Virus record (IMG/VR): IMGVR_UViG_3300045988_160093
Source: a virus
DNA length: 64,000 bases
Strand: one strand, 5' to 3'
Part shown: one piece after another, positions 16,775 through 24,847 of the stretch
Layout of the letters: every line of letters begins with the position of its first letter
Position numbering within the stretch: the stretch's first letter is position 1
Program-made: the position numbers and the translations under genes
The notes under the pieces: model-generated
What the model saw: only the letters and a program-made list of their open reading frames with translations
What the model was told of the DNA's origin: nothing
Database searches by the model: none

Positions 16775-17323
16775 CTAAAAATATTTTTGCTGAAACTTGC
16801 GGCGTAGGTAGTTGACTACATCTTCAGGAGTTTTCAAGAAATCTTCATTGATAAGCATTGCAACCTGTTTTTCAAGTTCAAAGTATTCTTTCTGTTTTTC
16901 CTCCGTTCCGTATTCGTTACGGAGTTGCTTGTCGTGCTTGTTGGTGATGATATAGTTTATACCCTTGCCGAGAATTGGCATATAGCGTTTCATCTGATGC
17001 GGAGTGCATATCCTATTCATCGCTGATGCAAGTTCTCTGTATGCGTCTCCTGCTTCATTGCGGTATGTAAGCATCTTGTCATAGACGAATTTTAAAACGT
17101 CATATTTAAATGAGGGATTTATCCACATACAGAAATCAATGAATAAAATTGGATGCATGTATGTTCCCCCATTCCTCCCTCTTGATTTTAAATACACCAT
17201 TTTTGGGGTATTTAAATTCTCTCTTTTCATTATGGTTTGGATAAACTCAACAGTTTTCGAGGATGCAAAATATTTATCCAAATGCCGTTGTGTGACTCCA
17301 GTCTGTTCATTCCATTGTTTCAA
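16775..17323 (-). CDS. KilA-N domain protein
   Basis: GRNGGTYMHPILFIDFCMWINPSFKYDV matches the KilA-N core (GTyvH..la..fa.Wisp.F). Confidence 0.65.
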   Translation of the reverse strand: MKQWNEQTGVTQRHLDKYFASSKTVEFIQTIMKRENLNTPKMVYLKSRGRNGGTYMHPILFIDFCMWINPSFKYDVLKFVYDKMLTYRNEAGDAYRELASAMNRICTPHQMKRYMPILGKGINYIITNKHDKQLRNEYGTEEKQKEYFELEKQVAMLINEDFLKTPEDVVNYLRRKFQQKYF

Positions 17324-17417
17324 CAGACTTGTAGCGTTAAAAATGCGTCTCTGGTTCTCTGCTCAACCACAAAGTTGGCAAGTGGTCTCTTCATAATCTG
17401 GTTTGTTATCATTTTCT

Positions 17418-17609
17418 TCAAAGTTTTGTTCGTTCATATCTTACGAAATTCAATCTGTATGCCTTGATGCGGATTTGCTCCGCAAGCTCCGTGTCATGAC
17501 GGAAAGCCAAGGCTCTGCGGACCGTCTGCTCGCTGACCCCAAATATTGCAGCCAGTTTTTTTAGTGTACCGTAACGCAGTTTTATCGGTTTTTTCTTGTT
17601 TGGTATCAT
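17418..17609 (-). CDS. Cro-like HTH regulator
   Basis: 63 aa. LKKLAAIFGVSEQTVRRAL is an HTH. Divergent from the CI-like gene. Confidence 0.5.
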   Translation of the reverse strand: MIPNKKKPIKLRYGTLKKLAAIFGVSEQTVRRALAFRHDTELAEQIRIKAYRLNFVRYERTKL

Positions 17610-17816
17610 ATCTTTTTCTATATTTGCAGCACTATAACCTAATTGTAGGTTTGTGTAACTTATGTGTGGTAGGTTTATGTAACCTATTACATTTGCAAAA
17701 GTAGGTTATTATAACTTGATTTGCAAGAAAATCAGGGAGAAAGTGAGTTATATTAACCTTATTATAGGTTTTAATACAACTGTTCACATTGACACCTATT
17801 TAATAAAGGAGGACTT
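17610..17816. promoter_or_regulatory. immunity-switch intergenic region with operator repeats and divergent promoters
   Basis: GTAGGTTTGTGTAAC (17645), GTAGGTTTATGTAAC (17669), GTAGGTTATTATAAC (17701) and TATAGGTTTTAATAC (17763). AACCTA-N4/5-TAGGTT palindromes are present. -7 boxes: TATATTTG 17619-26 (+), TACATTTG 17688-95 (+), CAAAAGTA 17696-703 (-). Confidence 0.6.
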
Positions 17817-18275
17817 ATGGCATACACAAGTGAAAAGATGAACGAGATTAGAGACAGGCTCGCTTGCGTGCTTGAACAGAAAGGATTGTCCAAGAACGCC
17901 ATGGCGAGAGCTGCGAACATAAATACGTCTAATTTCTGTCGGAAACTGAAGAAGGATTCTTCAGACAACCTGACTGAGAATAATGTCAGGAACGTTGCCC
18001 TTGCTTTTAATCTCAACCTGGGCTGGTTAGAAGACGGTGTAGGGGAGATGTTCGGAGCACCTTCGGCTATCGAAAGTATGCAGGCGTTTGACAAGGTGTT
18101 CAAATCTGACAAGGACAAGACGGCAAACGTTACACAAAGTGCAGAAAGGACACTCGCAGATTTGGACAGCACAAACAAAATCCTGATGGATCAGCTTGAA
18201 AGCAAGAATATGGAAATAGAACGCCTCAACAAGCGTATAGACCAACTTCTTGCTATAATAGAGAAAATGAAATAA
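17817..18275 (+). CDS. CI-like XRE-family repressor with coiled-coil C-terminus
   Basis: EQKGLSKNAMARAANINTSNFCRKLK is an XRE-type HTH. AAGGAGG lies upstream. Divergent from the Cro-like gene. Confidence 0.65.
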   Translation: MAYTSEKMNEIRDRLACVLEQKGLSKNAMARAANINTSNFCRKLKKDSSDNLTENNVRNVALAFNLNLGWLEDGVGEMFGAPSAIESMQAFDKVFKSDKDKTANVTQSAERTLADLDSTNKILMDQLESKNMEIERLNKRIDQLLAIIEKMK

Positions 18276-18294
18276 AACAAAAGCTATTGAGCTT

Positions 18295-18720
18295 ATGAAG
18301 GCTAATTTTTTACAATACCTTGATGAGGTAATCTTAGGCAAGGTAGAGAGGACTCTTGTATGGAGAGTCACACGTTTCGGTATCGGCATCCTGCCGTTGC
18401 TGGCGTCACTAATGTTTGTAACACACATATTCCTGCTTATCCGAGGATATGACTTCGGATTGGCTTACGTGTTCTGCAGCTATTCCTTTACGGGTTTCCT
18501 CGTATGGATAGCAATAAGCGTCACATTCCAGTTTAATTGGATGCACAGGGCATTCATCAGCTATAACTATCTGGTGAGCTTCTGCGTGGATTTCAATAGA
18601 GAGGTGGGACTGGGAGGCTGGCTTATGCCTGCAAGGTGGTTCGTGTTCGCCTTGGGAGTCTTAATGCTTGCGGATTTCATCTGGGAAAACGGATGGAAGA
18701 AGATGGGGAAGATTAATTAA
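18295..18720 (+). CDS. multi-pass membrane protein
   Basis: 141 aa with about four hydrophobic helices. Directly downstream of the repressor. Confidence 0.5.
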   Translation: MKANFLQYLDEVILGKVERTLVWRVTRFGIGILPLLASLMFVTHIFLLIRGYDFGLAYVFCSYSFTGFLVWIAISVTFQFNWMHRAFISYNYLVSFCVDFNREVGLGGWLMPARWFVFALGVLMLADFIWENGWKKMGKIN

Positions 18721-18739
18721 AAACTCAAAACTAAATAAA

Positions 18740-19069
18740 ATGAATTGGATTTTGTTGGGTAGTCTGTTGTTTGCGAAGATTTTACATAATGCAACAACGC
18801 TTGCTTACGGTGACTTTAAAGGGTCTTCAAAAACTGCATATCAGTATCTGACTCTCGCTACAGGTTTTGGCGGTTTCGTTTGGTATGGTTGTTTGATTGG
18901 TTCGTTCTTTGTAATGAAATGGTATTTGCCGCTTGTTTTGTTCATCCTTACAATACCTCTTGGTTTCTTAACTCCTCGTGACCAAATGAAGAGAATATAC
19001 TGTTCGTTTGCTTTGCCGCCTGTTTTAGCAGTTTGTGTGGTCTTGCTTGTGTTGTTGGCTTTAGCTTAA
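18740..19069 (+). CDS. membrane protein (start re-set to MNWILLG)
   Basis: Hydrophobic segments. The track's upstream extension overlaps the previous gene. Confidence 0.5.
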   Translation: MNWILLGSLLFAKILHNATTLAYGDFKGSSKTAYQYLTLATGFGGFVWYGCLIGSFFVMKWYLPLVLFILTIPLGFLTPRDQMKRIYCSFALPPVLAVCVVLLVLLALA

Positions 19070-19086
19070 CTTATAAAGTAAAGAAT

Positions 19087-19512
19087 ATGGAAATGAAGAA
19101 AATTTTGCGTTGGATTGCAGTACTGCCTGCAACGGTATTGTGTTCAGTCGTTACCTTTGTCTTGGGAAAATTGTTTGCATGGTTTGTTGTTAACAAATTC
19201 TTTATACTATCAAGTAATAGTGAAGATAGTTGGGGGTATATAATTAGTACGGCTCTCGCTAACTATGCAGCTGGTATGTTGGGAGTCTCTGCAGGGGCTG
19301 CAGTCGCTCCAAGTCACAAATATACAGTTTCGATAGTTCTGACTGTTATACTTTTATGCCTGTTTTGTATTTCTATAGGTGTTGAAAGTATTTTGGACGA
19401 TTTTAAGTGGTATCAATATGTTTATATGGCTTTGATGCTTGTAGGTGCAATACTTGGTGTATTGCAAGTAAAAGAAGAAGAGAGGGATAAAAGTAATAGG
19501 GGTGAAAAATAA
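19087..19512 (+). CDS. membrane protein (start re-set to MEMKKILRW)
   Basis: About four TM-like helices. Confidence 0.5.
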   Translation: MEMKKILRWIAVLPATVLCSVVTFVLGKLFAWFVVNKFFILSSNSEDSWGYIISTALANYAAGMLGVSAGAAVAPSHKYTVSIVLTVILLCLFCISIGVESILDDFKWYQYVYMALMLVGAILGVLQVKEEERDKSNRGEK

Positions 19513-19541
19513 TGTAGGTTGCCTTTCTGTAATAGAGGTAT

Positions 19542-19853
19542 TTGCGTACTTGTTGGCACTACCGTTCTTTATTGTGTTTTTTGTGTCTTGGTCTTTACCT
19601 GGACACGAAAAGACTTTCGTTGCTATGTTGCATTGGTTGTGTATTAAGCTTGTTAGGAATAGCTCATTTCAACCAACAATTCAAACAACTCTTGTTTACA
19701 TTATTTTGTGGTGTAGTTCTTGTTTGTGGTGGTTTATTGTTTAAGTTTGAACCTTGTAGAAGTATTGCATTGGCAATTCTTATTTTGTCCATATTGTCTT
19801 ATGGTAAGATTTTCATATTTGTTGTAAAAAAGATGATAAAGTCTTTTTCTTAG
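19542..19853 (+). CDS. membrane protein (frame uncertain; alternative is 19502..19744)
   Basis: Both overlapping frames are hydrophobic and neither has an ATG start. Confidence 0.3.
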   Translation: MRTCWHYRSLLCFLCLGLYLDTKRLSLLCCIGCVLSLLGIAHFNQQFKQLLFTLFCGVVLVCGGLLFKFEPCRSIALAILILSILSYGKIFIFVVKKMIKSFS

Positions 19854-20101
19854 TCCTACCGCTTTGCCTTCTCGATGTTGTACTCCTCAAACGAAGGATG
19901 CTCGCCGTAATTGGCAGAAAACAGGTCATTTTCTGTCACTGTCGGGGTCTTTTTGACTTGATTTGCGCCAATTTTGGGGTGTACTGTAGTAAGTCTTTGT
20001 TCTTCTTCATAATGATAATATATTTAACTTAATATTTGACTTATTCTTAGCTAATGAAAGCCTGTGTCTCCTCTCCACTCCTCTGCATTTGTTAATAGGT
20101 C

Positions 20102-20908
20102 TTATTTTGTTACCGGCTCTTTTTCGTGAAAAGTCGGAGCTACGATATGACTCTTTCCATCATTGCTGAAATACACGTTGCTTTGCTTTGAGTAAGCCGT
20201 TCTCGTGCGTCCGCTCTCGATGATTAGAGAGCCGTCAGCGCATCTGTATGCCTGACTGCGTGTAATATCCTTTGGGTTCTTGTTCAGAGGGACGATGCGG
20301 ATTATTCTCTTTACAATCTTGCGTTCGGTAAGATAGCTGGTAATCTTCATAGCCTGATACCTTGTTCCGTTTGTCAAGTCCATGATCGTAGCATACGAAC
20401 AGCCGAGATAATCCTCACAGAAGTCTGTTTTCAGCATACGTACTTCTTTCTTCCGGGCAGACCGTATTTCTTTGACAGTCTTTCCGTCCTCTGCATTATG
20501 GTGCGTATTGAAAACTTCGGTGATGACGTTTATCTTGTTCTCAACAACTATGCGCTTGACAAGGAATTTCAGTTGTGGCATAAAGAGGTTTTTCAAATCC
20601 CCTTCGCACAATTTATATGAATAATCACGATTTGTATATAGTTTCCTCGCTATGTACCTTATTACACCGTTCTCGTTGCGTTCTTCTCTCACGTAACCAT
20701 ATTCCATTGCATCAGCAACAAGTCTTTTGAACTTGTCTTTTGTCATATGCAGAGTCTTGGCAGCGTTGTTGAGAGATGTATAAATGAGGTCGGATGAACG
20801 GAACATCAACTTAATCTTGATAGCAAAACAGAAGGCTTCTAAACGTTTCTTGTCGCTTAGAGCCTTCTGCGCTTCTTTTACGGATATTTTAATCAAATTG
20901 TATTCCAT
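20102..20908 (-). CDS. hypothetical protein (start re-set to MEYNLIKISVK)
   Basis: The track start (TTG at 21031) lies inside a promoter-like TATCTTTGCAACGC. The first ATG downstream is at 20908. Confidence 0.5.
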   Translation of the reverse strand: MEYNLIKISVKEAQKALSDKKRLEAFCFAIKIKLMFRSSDLIYTSLNNAAKTLHMTKDKFKRLVADAMEYGYVREERNENGVIRYIARKLYTNRDYSYKLCEGDLKNLFMPQLKFLVKRIVVENKINVITEVFNTHHNAEDGKTVKEIRSARKKEVRMLKTDFCEDYLGCSYATIMDLTNGTRYQAMKITSYLTERKIVKRIIRIVPLNKNPKDITRSQAYRCADGSLIIESGRTRTAYSKQSNVYFSNDGKSHIVAPTFHEKEPVTK

Positions 20909-21028
20909 AAAGTACAAAAGCGAAGCCCCATAAAGTGATGTAGACTTTACAGGGCTTCTATATAAATCTGGCTTGCACCAGAAAGGAGGCAATGTTATTT
21001 TCAGTCCTACATCAACCGAATTGCGTTG

Positions 21029-21036
21029 CAAAGATA
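21029..21036 (-). promoter_or_regulatory. -7 box TATCTTTG (minus strand)
   Basis: The plus strand reads CAAAGATA. The extended motif is TATCTTTGCAACGC. Confidence 0.4.
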
Positions 21037-21146
21037 GTGTATAGTAACCTAATCTGCAAGTTATTAAAGGTTATTTAACTTAGGGGTCAGAACCTGAATT
21101 AATAATAATTATGATAGGTTTGTGTAAGGATTTATATGGATTTTCG

Positions 21147-21154
21147 TATCTTTG
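21147..21154 (+). promoter_or_regulatory. -7 box TATCTTTG (plus strand) upstream of the attP region and int
   Basis: TATCTTTGCAGACG. Confidence 0.4.
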
Positions 21155-21174
21155 CAGACGAAAATATACGTTTT

Positions 21175-21480
21175 AAATTAAATACGAATTAAATACACGT
21201 CAGAAAGGAGGATTGTGTAAATAATTGATATTCAATATTTTGAACTTGATAGGTTCGAACCCCAAGCGGATCACTTGGGGAGGTTTCTAAGCCTCCCTTT
21301 TTTGTATCTGATAATCAAGTAGTTACGTTGTAAAACATTGAATATCAAAGGATTAGAGATAAAGAAATAATTGATTTTAGCCAACAAAAGGTGTATATGT
21401 ACGTATCAGATACGTATGAAATGTTACACAAAATAAATACAAATTAAATACACGGGACTGAAAATTTAAATACACGTATT
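21175..21480. other. candidate attP (arm-type repeats, inverted repeats, T-loop-like core)
   Basis: TTAAATACACG occurs at 21189, 21444 and 21466, with the variant TTAAATACG at 21178. The 12-bp inverted repeat TTGATATTCAAT (21225) / ATTGAATATCAA (21337) flanks GGTTCGAACCCC (21252-21263). Confidence 0.45.
21279..21303 (+). terminator. intrinsic terminator between the 21147 promoter and int
   Basis: GGAGG-tttctaag-CCTCC followed by CTTTTTT. Preceded by a 7-bp hairpin CCCCAAG/CTTGGGG (21260-21280). Confidence 0.5.
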
Positions 21481-21556
21481 TAATTTGGGCTTAAAACGCT
21501 GATAGAAAAGCGTTTGCGTGATAGAATACAGGGAAACTGAAAACTAAATTTAACAT

Positions 21557-22705
21557 TTGCCTATGAAGATAGCGAAAATAAAGCTCATCTTTGACCGTCG
21601 CCACAAGGCTGCGAAAGATAAGGAAGGAGCGATAGATTTAAGGATTGCATACGGAGGAAAGCAGAAATTCTTGTCAACCGGTGTAGCGGTCTTGCCAACA
21701 CAATGGGATGCAAAGCAGGAGTGTGTGAAGTTCCGTCCGGATGCGGTTGCCGTAAATTCCATGTTGCGCCAGCTTGTAAACAGATGCCACGAGATGATTG
21801 ACGAGATGGCGGAGAAAGGTGCGGTGGACTTGGCTAAGTTGAGCAGGGTGACGGACAGCAGGACCTACGATATGACCTTCATCGAGTATATAAACAAGAG
21901 AATACCTGAAAGGAATGTCTCGGAGCATACAAGGAACAGGTATAGGTGCTTTGTGAGGGCTTTTGAGCAGTGGGGGAGGATGATGTACTTTACCGACATC
22001 ACGGAGAGTAATATCCGCTCTTTCGATGAATGGCTGCACAGGAGGATAGTGGACGGGAAGCCTCTCATGCAGAGCACAATCGCCACATATCACAAGTATC
22101 TGAAACTTTTCATCAATGATGCGATGACCGACGAGTTGGTGAGTGATAATCCCTATCAGAGCAAGAGGATTCATATAGACAAGGCGGAAGGTGGGCAGAT
22201 TGCCTGCCTGACCGCTGAGCAGGTGGAGAAGATTGAGAATCTGGACATCAGGGACGCCAGCTTGGAGAGGACGAGGGATTTGTTCTTGTTTCAGTGTTAT
22301 ACCGGTCTTGCCTATTCGGATTTGATGAAATTCCGCTTGTCTGACTGCGAGAAGGAGGATGATGGCAGCTACAGGCTGAACGACAGGAGAACGAAGACGA
22401 ACACGGAATACACTCTTTATCTTACCGACAAGGCTGTAGCCATTGCGGAGAAATACGACGGGATCCTGCCGTGCATCAGCAATCAGAAATACAATATGTT
22501 CCTGAAAGCCATCGGTCAGATGATTGGTGAACCGAAGCTGCACTCCCATATGGGCAGGAGTACGTTCGCTTCGATGATGCTGAACAACGGAGTGAGCACC
22601 GACATCATCAAACATGCTCTCGGTCATACGACAACTCTACAGACCAACAGGTATGCGACGATGCGAGACAAGACGATTAAGGATGCGTTCAAGAAGATGA
22701 AATGA
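21557..22705 (+). CDS. int: tyrosine recombinase / phage integrase (Bacteroidota type)
   Basis: 382 aa. The N-terminal arm-binding/SAM-like region is typical of Bacteroides integrases. The C-terminus has HSHMGRSTFAS (H-x-x-R), LGH and NRYA (catalytic Tyr). Confidence 0.9.
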   Translation: MPMKIAKIKLIFDRRHKAAKDKEGAIDLRIAYGGKQKFLSTGVAVLPTQWDAKQECVKFRPDAVAVNSMLRQLVNRCHEMIDEMAEKGAVDLAKLSRVTDSRTYDMTFIEYINKRIPERNVSEHTRNRYRCFVRAFEQWGRMMYFTDITESNIRSFDEWLHRRIVDGKPLMQSTIATYHKYLKLFINDAMTDELVSDNPYQSKRIHIDKAEGGQIACLTAEQVEKIENLDIRDASLERTRDLFLFQCYTGLAYSDLMKFRLSDCEKEDDGSYRLNDRRTKTNTEYTLYLTDKAVAIAEKYDGILPCISNQKYNMFLKAIGQMIGEPKLHSHMGRSTFASMMLNNGVSTDIIKHALGHTTTLQTNRYATMRDKTIKDAFKKMK

Positions 22706-22785
22706 AATGTTACATAGGTATAAGAGAAAACCTTTGGGCGTATGGTCGTTCGTGGTTTCCGTGTGTAAGGTTTAAATAAAAAAAA

Positions 22786-22815
22786 AGAGGATGCGGTGTG
22801 GTGGCTGCATCCTCT
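22786..22815. terminator. bidirectional terminator (strong for the minus-strand operon)
   Basis: AGAGGATGC-12 nt-GCATCCTCT with an A9 run on the left, which is a T-run for minus-strand transcripts. Confidence 0.6.
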
Positions 22816-22848
22816 TTGTCTATTATGCGGATAGATAAAATCTATTGT

Positions 22849-23202
22849 TTACATTTCTCTCAAAGGCTTAGTATAAGCGTTGAGCATCTTGATTTCGGCA
22901 AGTTTCTTTTGCAAAGCTCCGATAAGGTTCATTGTTTCAACCTCTGACAGATAAAGATTTGTCTTATGTGCCGGGTCGTCTTCGGTTATCTCTACGTTTA
23001 TCGCAAAAGGACACAGACACTTTTTGTCGTTGGTTGTTATAGTAGAGAAAGCTGCGGACAAATCAATTGTACCTGTTTCAGCTAATATCTCTTCTGTTTG
23101 TGAATTGTCAAGCATCGTTTGTGTGGTTGACAAAACCTCTACATAATTCTTATCGCCTTTGGCTTCTGCGATAGGGGTAACGAGTTCAATAAATCTTTTC
23201 AT
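22849..23202 (-). CDS. hypothetical protein
   Basis: 117-aa ORF. Confidence 0.5.
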   Translation of the reverse strand: MKRFIELVTPIAEAKGDKNYVEVLSTTQTMLDNSQTEEILAETGTIDLSAAFSTITTNDKKCLCPFAINVEITEDDPAHKTNLYLSEVETMNLIGALQKKLAEIKMLNAYTKPLREM

Positions 23203-23219
23203 ATGTCTTTTTTTTAAAA

Positions 23220-24062
23220 TTAATTATTTTGTTCTATAATTGGCAGGATGCCGTGTTTCTTCAATAGGTTGTACAGGAAGAAACGCCCTTTCTGTGTCCA
23301 TTTCGTATTGTACACGATAGTCTTTGTCCCGTTGGTGCGTGTTATTTCCACTGGTTCGGACTGCACGTAGCCACAGGATATGTATTTGGAATAGAGAATC
23401 CACGACGTGCCGACTTTGTGCTGTATACCAAGGTTGCGAAGCAGGATATTGAAAGCCTTTGCGGATTTTCCGTAGTCCTGTGCGATGGTGGTTACGAGGA
23501 TTGTACTCTTGCACTGGAGAACCATATCCACATAGCTTACCTTGGGTTGCATCTTGCTTACTGCGGTGTTGAGTTCTGTGATTTGTGCGTCCTTGACTTC
23601 GATTTCCTGTGCCTGACGTTTGTTCTCCAGAGTAAGCTGTTGTTTCTGTTCCTCGGATTCTACAAGCTGCTTGAGAGCGTCAAGGTAGGTTTCGGGGAGT
23701 TGAGGCTTGTTGTTCTTCTCTAAGGTTTCAAGTCTGTTGATGATTTTTTCACGGAGAAGGGCATCGTAACCACTGGCGAGGATGAGGCAACCTTTAGGGG
23801 TTAACCTGTAACACGGTCTTTTTTCTCCCTTTTTGTCGGTGTATTCAACCGGCTCAAAATTGAGCTGGTTCACGCCTTGTTCCAAAAGTTCGCGAATATC
23901 ACGCATTACATTCTTGTGTTGTTTACCTGTAACCTCTGCGATTTCAAGCGAAGTCATTCCTGTTCCTGATACTCTGTCGCTAACGGATAAAGAGTTTGTG
24001 CTTCTGTTGGTAGTTCCAAGAATGTTGTCTATTACATTTATACTGTTCATTGAGTTTGCCAT
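23220..24062 (-). CDS. Rha-family / KilAC (ANT) antirepressor-like regulator
   Basis: N-terminal TSLEIAEVTGKQHKNVMRDIRELL (Rha pattern). C-terminal TTIAQDYGKSAKAFNILLRNLG...WTQKGRFFL (KilA-C/ANT pattern). Confidence 0.75.
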   Translation of the reverse strand: MANSMNSINVIDNILGTTNRSTNSLSVSDRVSGTGMTSLEIAEVTGKQHKNVMRDIRELLEQGVNQLNFEPVEYTDKKGEKRPCYRLTPKGCLILASGYDALLREKIINRLETLEKNNKPQLPETYLDALKQLVESEEQKQQLTLENKRQAQEIEVKDAQITELNTAVSKMQPKVSYVDMVLQCKSTILVTTIAQDYGKSAKAFNILLRNLGIQHKVGTSWILYSKYISCGYVQSEPVEITRTNGTKTIVYNTKWTQKGRFFLYNLLKKHGILPIIEQNN

Positions 24063-24186
24063 ATTTATATATGTAAGGTAAAAAAATGTCCCTATCCTCG
24101 GAGGTAGCAGCTCGTCAGACAGGGACTATATATAGAATTTGTCTATAATTCAAATTTCAGGTGCGTTCTGCTACAACTCACGCTTG

Positions 24187-24194
24187 CAAAGATA
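24187..24194 (-). promoter_or_regulatory. -7 box TATCTTTG (minus strand) upstream of the antirepressor
   Basis: The plus strand reads CAAAGATA. The extended motif is TATCTTTGCAAGCG. Confidence 0.4.
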
Positions 24195-24305
24195 TAGTGT
24201 AAATTGTTGCGTTTTTCCGTTCTCGCCATTTCGGTGAGATTTCTTATAAAAAAATTGCTCGTCCTGCCGATAGCCCAGCTGATGGTCAACGCTCAGTCTT
24301 TGAAT

Positions 24306-24428
24306 TTAATGACTGTGCAGTTCATACCATCCGTTTACAAGACAGAAGATGATGAAGAGAATCCAGAAGATTAACTTTATCTTCTCCATCATCTCCTCCT
24401 CTTTCCATTTTCTTTCGTATCTTTTCAT
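24306..24428 (-). CDS. small single-TM protein (40 aa)
   Basis: MKRYERKWKEEEMMEKIKLIFWILFIIFCLVNGWYELHSH. The start overlaps the upstream stop. Confidence 0.3.
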   Translation of the reverse strand: MKRYERKWKEEEMMEKIKLIFWILFIIFCLVNGWYELHSH

Positions 24429-24847
24429 TACGCTGCTTTTTTAGTTAGTGATTTCAGTTTATACATATTCTTCAAAAGTAAGGATTTTATTTCCTCGTGA
24501 TATTCGCTCGGTTGATTGCAGACTCCTCGACTCTGCACTATAGAGAAGATCTTTAGGTCTATCTCTATCGTCTCCGTGTGCTCTCCGTTTACCTGTGCTG
24601 ATAATATCAGCGTGTCGGGCTTCTTGTAATATCCACAAGCGAATACACAATGATGCATCATTTCACCTTCCTCTTTGAACTCCTCGATGGATTTCAGAGG
24701 TTGGATGGTTATCGAGCCATTCTCAACTTTGAAGCCGATGAATTTCTTGATGAAGTTCTCAAAGTATTTCTCAGCCTGCTCGTCGTTCATCCTCTCCATC
24801 GCTGCCCTCTGCCTTTCCTCTCGTTCCTCTTCTCTTTCAAGTCTCAA
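24428..24847 (-). CDS. PcfJ-like protein, C-terminal part
   Basis: EEGEMMHHCVFACGYY...ILSAQVNGEHTETIEIDL...IVQSRGVCNQ matches the PcfJ-like block (EG..M.HCV ... T.E ... Q.RG..N). Non-ATG start. Confidence 0.55.
   Translation of the reverse strand: MRLEREEEREERQRAAMERMNDEQAEKYFENFIKKFIGFKVENGSITIQPLKSIEEFKEEGEMMHHCVFACGYYKKPDTLILSAQVNGEHTETIEIDLKIFSIVQSRGVCNQPSEYHEEIKSLLLKNMYKLKSLTKKAA

Noticed and set aside
21252-21280. Full tRNA gene at the int-proximal GGTTCGAACCCC
   Set aside because: Only the T-loop/3'-like part is present. There is no matching 5' acceptor, D arm or anticodon arm upstream. It is interpreted as an attP core resembling a host tRNA 3' end, or simply a hairpin.
21674-22627. 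317-aa ORF antisense to the integrase
   Set aside because: The integrase frame carries the full tyrosine-recombinase signature. The antisense product is Arg/His/Pro/Leu-rich junk.
16001-24099. Shared 10-mer CCCTATCCTC at 16003 and 24090
   Set aside because: This is a single short coincidence within two unrelated hairpins. It is not distinguishable from chance in 64 kb without statistics.
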